A stretch of 64,000 nucleotides of DNA from NCBI GenBank assembly GCA_042408215.1, contig JAYFMW010000029.1, positions 96,866 to 160,865 of the forward strand, written 5' to 3'. A program made the position numbers and the translations under genes. The DNA is from Microcoleus sp. Lineage in GTDB: Bacteria > Cyanobacteriota > Cyanobacteriia > Cyanobacteriales > Microcoleaceae. The notes under the pieces were generated by a model. The model was not told the origin of the DNA and searched no databases. It saw only the letters and a list, made by a program, of their open reading frames with translations. Positions within the stretch are counted from its first letter, which is position 1; each line of letters starts with the position of its first letter. Positions 61,376-64,000 of the stretch are shown here, one piece after another.

Positions 61376-62173
61376 TTAGTTTGAGTTAAAAATAATTTGT
61401 TGAAGATATTGCCGAGTTTTACCGTCGATTATCTCTTTCCCAATACTGGGTTTGCTGACATTCACTCGGACAAAATCGATACCGTCTTTTTCAGTAAATT
61501 TGCGATCGCCGTCGGAGTCTTTTCTAATCGTGATAAAAAGCCCGCCACTTTTTTCATCAAATACCCAGCTTACTAATTGAGTATTGGGCGGAGTTATTGC
61601 CTGAAGCGATTGGCCGGCTAAGTTAGATAAATATCCAACGATCGCGTCTGCACCGTCAAGTTTGCCATCAGCATTTGTGTCGCTATCTATGATGTGAAAC
61701 AACAGCAATTGATTCTGAGGCTTACTGGAGAATTTTTTTGAGGAATCTTGCTTGGGTTGATTTGTTGGTACATTTTGATTATTTTGATTTTCTGGCTTTT
61801 TTTTGTGCGACAAATATTCAAATTTAGATATTAACGCTTTTTTGTTTAATAGAATATTAGATTCTCCGCTAGTTTTATTATAGAAAATCATATTGTAACC
61901 AACCATACGGCTGCCCCTTGAGTCTCCATAAAAACTTAATTTTGATGAGATAGGATTGTGTCCAGATTCTTTTTCATGGCCAGATAGGGTAACTGGAATC
62001 ATAATATATTCTGATTCAGGGTCAACGATCAAATCACCGTAAGCAATCTGTGGCTGTGGCTTTTCTGCTACCTTCTGTGCTTGAGTTACTGTCCTAGTTG
62101 ATCTGCATGATAGGGTAATAGCAATTAGGGCAAATACGGTAGCCACTTTGCGGAAAATCTGATGAGTTATCAT
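61376..62173 (-). CDS. hypothetical lipoprotein with EF-hand-like DxNxDG motifs
   Basis: signal peptide ending ITLSC; DTNADGKLD and DSDGDRKF. Confidence 0.7.
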   Translation of the reverse strand: MITHQIFRKVATVFALIAITLSCRSTRTVTQAQKVAEKPQPQIAYGDLIVDPESEYIMIPVTLSGHEKESGHNPISSKLSFYGDSRGSRMVGYNMIFYNKTSGESNILLNKKALISKFEYLSHKKKPENQNNQNVPTNQPKQDSSKKFSSKPQNQLLLFHIIDSDTNADGKLDGADAIVGYLSNLAGQSLQAITPPNTQLVSWVFDEKSGGLFITIRKDSDGDRKFTEKDGIDFVRVNVSKPSIGKEIIDGKTRQYLQQIIFNSN

Positions 62174-62440
62174 GACTGTTTACACCTGAAATAGATAGTT
62201 ATACTAATTCTCAAAACTCATGAAACAGTAGCTGTATGGTGCGTCGCCATCTACAATCCTCAAAAAAGCGATAATCTCGCAGAGCCGCACCTTACAAAAT
62301 ATTTAGGCAACACCCCTCCGTTGCACTTCACCCAATACTCATGATCGATCGAACATCATATAAGGTGCGTCATATCCAAAACCCTCGATAAATTCTAGAG
62401 TGAAAGTCTGACGCACCCTACAACTGGTAAAAAACAACTT

Positions 62441-63763
62441 CTAACCCAGGAACTCGCGCGGATCGGTGACGTGCCCAGTCAATGCAGAAGCCGCCGCCGT
62501 ATAAGGCGAAGCGAGATAAACTTGGGATTGTTTATTCCCCATCCGACCGGGGAAATTGCGGTTGGTTGTAGACACGCAAATTTCCGGTTCATTCATCCGC
62601 CCAAAAGTATCTTTTGGCCCGCCCAAACAAGCGGCGCAAGAAGGTGCGGCGGGTTCGATGCAGCCGGCAGCTAAGAAGATTTCTGACAGGGTTTTACCGT
62701 CGTATTTTGTGACAAATAAATCTTCGTAAACTTTCTGAGTTGCTGGTACTAAATACGTCGGAACTTTGACTTGATTTCCCTTGAGAATTCGGGCTGCATT
62801 CAGAAAGTCGGAGGTTTTGCCGCCGGTGCAGGAACCGATGTACACTCGATCGATCTTGACATCGCGGCAATTGCGGGCTAGGTCGCGGTTGTCGGGGGAA
62901 TGGGGTTTGGCTACGACTGGTTCTAGTTTGGTGACATCGTAGGTGCGATCGCTATAAAACTTAGCATCCTCATCGGTGTAAAATGCCTCAAACGGCACAT
63001 CAGTCCGAGAAGTAACGTAATCAAACGTAGTTTTGTCCGGCGCAACCGTGCCGTTTTTACCGCCAGCTTCGATTACCATGTTGCACAGCGTCATCCGTTC
63101 TTCCATTGTCAAACGTTCCACTGTATCGCCGGCAAATTCCATCGATCGATAGTTAGCACCGGCAACGCTGATATCACCTATAATTTGTAAAATCAGGTCT
63201 TTTGCTAACAAATAATCGGGTAATTCGCCGTTGATCACAAAGCGCATCGTGGCTGGAACTTTAATCAACAATTTGCCGGTTCCCATGATAAAAGCCGCGT
63301 CTGTATTGCCGATACCGGTCGCAAATTGTCCGAAAGCGCCGGCATTGCAGGTGTGGGAATCTGTGCCAAATAGCACTTCGCCCGGTCTGGTGTGGCCTTC
63401 TTGGGCTAGGGCGATGTGACAAACTCCTTTGTAGTCGGGGTTTGCTTTGAAGTTCGATCGATCCGTGATGTCGTAAAAGTATTTTATCCCTTGTTCCTGT
63501 GCAAAATCCCGCAGAATATCGACGTTGCGGTTCGCGCGTTCGTCGTTGGTGAAAATGTAGTGATCGGGAATTAGGACGATTTTTTCTGAATTCCAGACTT
63601 TAGCATTTTCGCCGAATTCCCGTTTGAAAACGCCGATGGTGCCTGGCCCGCAGACATCGTGGGTCATCAATACGTCTGTTTCCACCCAGATGTTTTCTCC
63701 GGGCTCAACTTTAGTGCGGCCAGATGCTTTGGCCAAGATTTTTTCGGTGATGGTCATTCCCAT
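62441..63763 (-). CDS. leuC: 3-isopropylmalate dehydratase large subunit (aconitase family)
   Basis: GVCH, GTDSHT, IGSCTGG, SCAACLG, TNRNF.GRMG, YLASP. Confidence 0.92.
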   Translation of the reverse strand: MGMTITEKILAKASGRTKVEPGENIWVETDVLMTHDVCGPGTIGVFKREFGENAKVWNSEKIVLIPDHYIFTNDERANRNVDILRDFAQEQGIKYFYDITDRSNFKANPDYKGVCHIALAQEGHTRPGEVLFGTDSHTCNAGAFGQFATGIGNTDAAFIMGTGKLLIKVPATMRFVINGELPDYLLAKDLILQIIGDISVAGANYRSMEFAGDTVERLTMEERMTLCNMVIEAGGKNGTVAPDKTTFDYVTSRTDVPFEAFYTDEDAKFYSDRTYDVTKLEPVVAKPHSPDNRDLARNCRDVKIDRVYIGSCTGGKTSDFLNAARILKGNQVKVPTYLVPATQKVYEDLFVTKYDGKTLSEIFLAAGCIEPAAPSCAACLGGPKDTFGRMNEPEICVSTTNRNFPGRMGNKQSQVYLASPYTAAASALTGHVTDPREFLG

Positions 63764-64000
63764 AGTGCGATCGCTCTTTTTGGTTAGATGCTACAAGTGT
63801 ATTGTAAGCGAAATATTCCCTGTTACCGAGGATACAGAGATAGGGATAATGTTTCGGATCGCTTGTTTCAACTTAAAACTAAAACCCACAAGGGTCATAT
63901 TCAACGATGTTTGACACAGAAATTCTCAGCATAATACATAGGCCGGGGCGGGTTTTTGAGATTGTCGGTTTTTGGCCAATATTGTTGGTTAACCCGCCCC

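Overview
Chromosomal segment of a filamentous cyanobacterium, probably Microcoleus/Oscillatoria-like. This is inferred from dense GCGATCGC HIP1 sites, heptamer STRR tracts and the gun4, sasA and PAM68 genes. Housekeeping genes (aroF, PAM68, rpsO, ruvA, gun4, ald, tRNA-Leu(CAG), TrmH methylase, group-2 sigma factor, mutT, sasA, leuC) are interleaved with accessory DNA. The centre holds a three-gene PIWI-RE (prokaryotic Argonaute-related) operon: a MerR-like-HTH/REase fusion, a DinG-type helicase and a frameshifted PIWI-RE. It lies between an XPB-like helicase gene and a DUF790 gene, bounded by 74-bp direct repeats that duplicate the DUF790 start. RNA-guided mobile elements are also present: (1) an IS110 (IS621-like) element whose bridge RNA, donor and REP target can be read from the sequence, with a 12x20-bp array in its left end; (2) an orphan IscB-type omega/HEARO RNA element inserted between the RBS and ATG of aroF; (3) a solo TnpB and a TnpB-type non-autonomous element. 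Other features are a 69-bp frame-preserving MITE (one copy inside a CHAT-TPR gene), an NLR-like NB-ARC-TPR gene, a TerB-dynamin gene with a duplicated 3' half, a toxin-antitoxin cluster, an S8-SH3-C39 protein opposite an M50 protease, a candidate repeat-bearing sRNA, and many REP/MITE/tandem repeats. All family assignments come from motifs recognised by eye; no searches were run.
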